From Dehalococcoidia bacterium (GTDB lineage Bacteria > Chloroflexota > Dehalococcoidia > Dehalococcoidales > W693), in the NCBI GenBank assembly GCA_011170385.1, contig DUFE01000087.1, positions 1 through 33,754 of the forward strand: 33,754 nt of DNA. Reading direction: 5' to 3'. Shown piece by piece: positions 32,038 through 33,754 of this stretch. Numbering within the stretch: position 1 is the first letter of the stretch; each line of letters starts with the position of its first letter. The notes beneath the pieces were generated by a model. That model made no database searches and was not told the origin of the DNA. It saw only the letters and a list, made by a program, of their open reading frames with translations. The position numbers were made by a program, and so were the translations under genes.

Positions 32038-33754
32038 ATGCGTTTCGATGTCGTCAGTCAGACCGAGCACCTGGGTTCGGTAAACATCTATAACATACGG
32101 CGGGCACTAGAGCTTGACTCGGGATCGGCAATGACCAAACTAGTCAGAGATGAAGCCGGGGGGCAGCACGTCAGTCGTGAGGCGATAGCCGACATAGAGC
32201 AGAAGATGGCTATAGTCCTATCGATAAAGAACGAAGACCTTAAGGTTTTCGAGGGCGTCCTTAGTGGTGTACCCCACGACTGCCTGATGATAGTCATCTC
32301 CAACAGCGGTGGCGAAGGGGTGGGTGTATTTAAGAACGAAAAGGATATCGTAAGCCGCTTCTGCAATATCACCAAGCGTAAAGCTATCGTCGTCCACCAG
32401 AAGGATGAAGCTCTGGCGCAGGCGTTTCTTTCGGCAAACTATGCCGATATCATCGGTGATGACAATCTGATACGGGACGGCAAGAGCGAAGGGATGATGA
32501 TAGGCATTATCCTGGCGGCGCTACTGGGCAAGGAATACATTGGCTTTATTGATACCGATAACTACATCCCCGGAGCCGTGCTGGAATATGTGTACCACTA
32601 TGCCGCCGGATTCAGCCTGGCTGAATCACCTTACTCAATGGTACGGATACTGTGGCACTATAAGCCGAAGCTAACAGGTGAGCTCTACTTCAGGAAATGG
32701 GGACGCGTTTCGGGGATAAGTAACCGCTTTTTGAATACGCTATTATCCACGAAAGGGCAATTCGAGACCGAGGTTGTTAAAACGGCTAACGCAGGCGAGC
32801 ATGCCATGAGCCTGCAGCTGGCAATGAGGCTCACCTATGGTTCGGGATATGCTGTTGAAACCCAGGAACTTATCTCGATAATGGAGCAGTTCGGCGGCAT
32901 ACTGCCGACAAGCGATGAGAAGGTCACTGAGAAGGGTGTGGAAATAATCCAGACGGAAACGATAAACCCGCACCTCCATGCCGAAAAGGGCGATGAGCAT
33001 GTTCTTCAGGAGATGCTGTTGCCCAGCCTTTCGGTAATATACCACAGCCCGATATGCGATGATTCGACGAGGGAAAGTATAAAGGAGCAGCTGGTGGAGG
33101 CGGGGTGCATCGGGAACGCCGAGGCGGTGCCGCAGGTGCAGCTCATTTCAGCCCCGCAGAATGTCGATTTACCCGTTTTTGCCGGAACTATAGAGGGTGA
33201 AATGGCTCGTTATTCAGTGCCGGAGAAAGCCGTATTCACAATATCTGGAAGCAAAAAGAAAAAAGCGGAGGCGGCAAAGAAAGTGGTGATTACCGGATTG
33301 GATGGGACTTTATTATATCCATTGACCTATTCGTATATCGCGGCGCTGGATTCCATAAGGGAACTTCAGTCGCAGAGGATACCCATAGTCTTCTGCTCGG
33401 CGATGACGAGACAGGAGCAGCAGGTATACCGCGAGGAGCTTGGAATCGAGGCGCCGTTTATTGTGGAAAATGGTGGTGCCATCTACGTCCAGAAGGACTA
33501 TTTCCGCCTGCCGTTCTCTTACGATAAAGCCTCGGAAGATTATCTGGTTATCGAGTTCGGTATGCCCTACAGTGAGCTGCGGCACAAGCTAAGCATAGCG
33601 CTGAACGCCGCTTGCAGGCAGATAGAGGGCAACCAAAAACTGGGTAGTATATCCATAAACAGCTTCGGCGACATGAGCATAGAGGATATCGCCAAGGAGA
33701 CAGGTTTAAGCCTTAAGATGGCAGCATTTGCCAAACAGAGGGAGTACAGCGAGA
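32038..33754 (+). CDS. mgsD: Bifunctional mannosyl-3-phosphoglycerate synthase / phosphatase (MPGS-MPGP fusion), 3'-truncated by the window end
   Basis: Open to the window end, so it is absent from the track. The N-terminal ~400 aa show GT55 MPGS motifs (MAIVLSIKNEDLKVFEGVLSGVPHDCLMIVISNS, GKSEGMMIG, GFIDTDNYIPGAV, NAGEHAMSL, ETINPHLHAEKGDEHV). A HAD-IIB MPGP start follows (VVITGLDGTLL...VFCSAMTR...IVENGGAIY). Confidence 0.85.
   Translation, partial: MRFDVVSQTEHLGSVNIYNIRRALELDSGSAMTKLVRDEAGGQHVSREAIADIEQKMAIVLSIKNEDLKVFEGVLSGVPHDCLMIVISNSGGEGVGVFKNEKDIVSRFCNITKRKAIVVHQKDEALAQAFLSANYADIIGDDNLIRDGKSEGMMIGIILAALLGKEYIGFIDTDNYIPGAVLEYVYHYAAGFSLAESPYSMVRILWHYKPKLTGELYFRKWGRVSGISNRFLNTLLSTKGQFETEVVKTANAGEHAMSLQLAMRLTYGSGYAVETQELISIMEQFGGILPTSDEKVTEKGVEIIQTETINPHLHAEKGDEHVLQEMLLPSLSVIYHSPICDDSTRESIKEQLVEAGCIGNAEAVPQVQLISAPQNVDLPVFAGTIEGEMARYSVPEKAVFTISGSKKKKAEAAKKVVITGLDGTLLYPLTYSYIAALDSIRELQSQRIPIVFCSAMTRQEQQVYREELGIEAPFIVENGGAIYVQKDYFRLPFSYDKASEDYLVIEFGMPYSELRHKLSIALNAACRQIEGNQKLGSISINSFGDMSIEDIAKETGLSLKMAAFAKQREYSE

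Noticed and set aside
31490-32040. attR-type direct repeat of the tRNA-Gly 3' end at the right edge of the island
   Set aside because: Only weak partial matches were seen by eye (e.g. caccgct at about 31568, ttcacctccctc at about 31874). A 10-bp direct repeat AGACTATCTA x2 (31595-31619) exists but is unrelated to the tRNA. An alignment tool is needed.
32088-33585. Minus-strand track ORFs 32088-32375, 32743-33045, 33313-33585
   Set aside because: They are antisense to the long plus-strand MPGS/MPGP reading frame, which has strong family motifs.

Overview
The window is a chromosomal segment that looks like a Chloroflexota/Dehalococcoidia-type anaerobe. This is inferred from gene content: a bifunctional mannosylglycerate synthase, an 11-gene nuo operon without nuoEFG, and several archaeal-type genes. 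Reading left to right: an unidentified 3' gene end; a collagen-repeat lipoprotein; tRNA-Arg and tRNA-His; an Smr protein; hisF; a stand-alone GltB-type FMN protein followed by an NrpR-like regulator; a start-less SHOCT ORF; an Fe/Mn-SOD family gene; a DUF5679 zinc ribbon; and nth. The minus strand then carries a complete operon nuoA-B-C-D-H-I-J-K-L-M-N (18639 down to 7465). After it come a divergent CetZ/tubulin-like GTPase, DUF72, DegV, an SDR plus steroid-5-alpha-reductase-family pair, a tandem USP, moaB/moaC/moaA, and tRNA-Gly. An AT-rich island of about 4.3 kb follows the tRNA, and the window ends in the 5' 1.7 kb of a fused MPGS/MPGP gene (mgsD-like). The most striking observation is nuoI. 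Its two [4Fe-4S] ferredoxin motifs are separated by an in-frame insertion of about 470 aa that is a complete GltD-like iron-sulfur/FAD/NAD(P)H oxidoreductase module. The operon has no nuoE/F/G, so this could be a built-in NAD(P)H input module for complex I. Secondary points are the CetZ-like protein with an FtsZ-style C-terminal peptide, the NrpR/GltB pairing, the island with three families of duplicated intergenic elements, and three ORFs with start or stop anomalies (nuoI, SHOCT, NfeD). All family assignments come from motifs read by eye. No searches were run.
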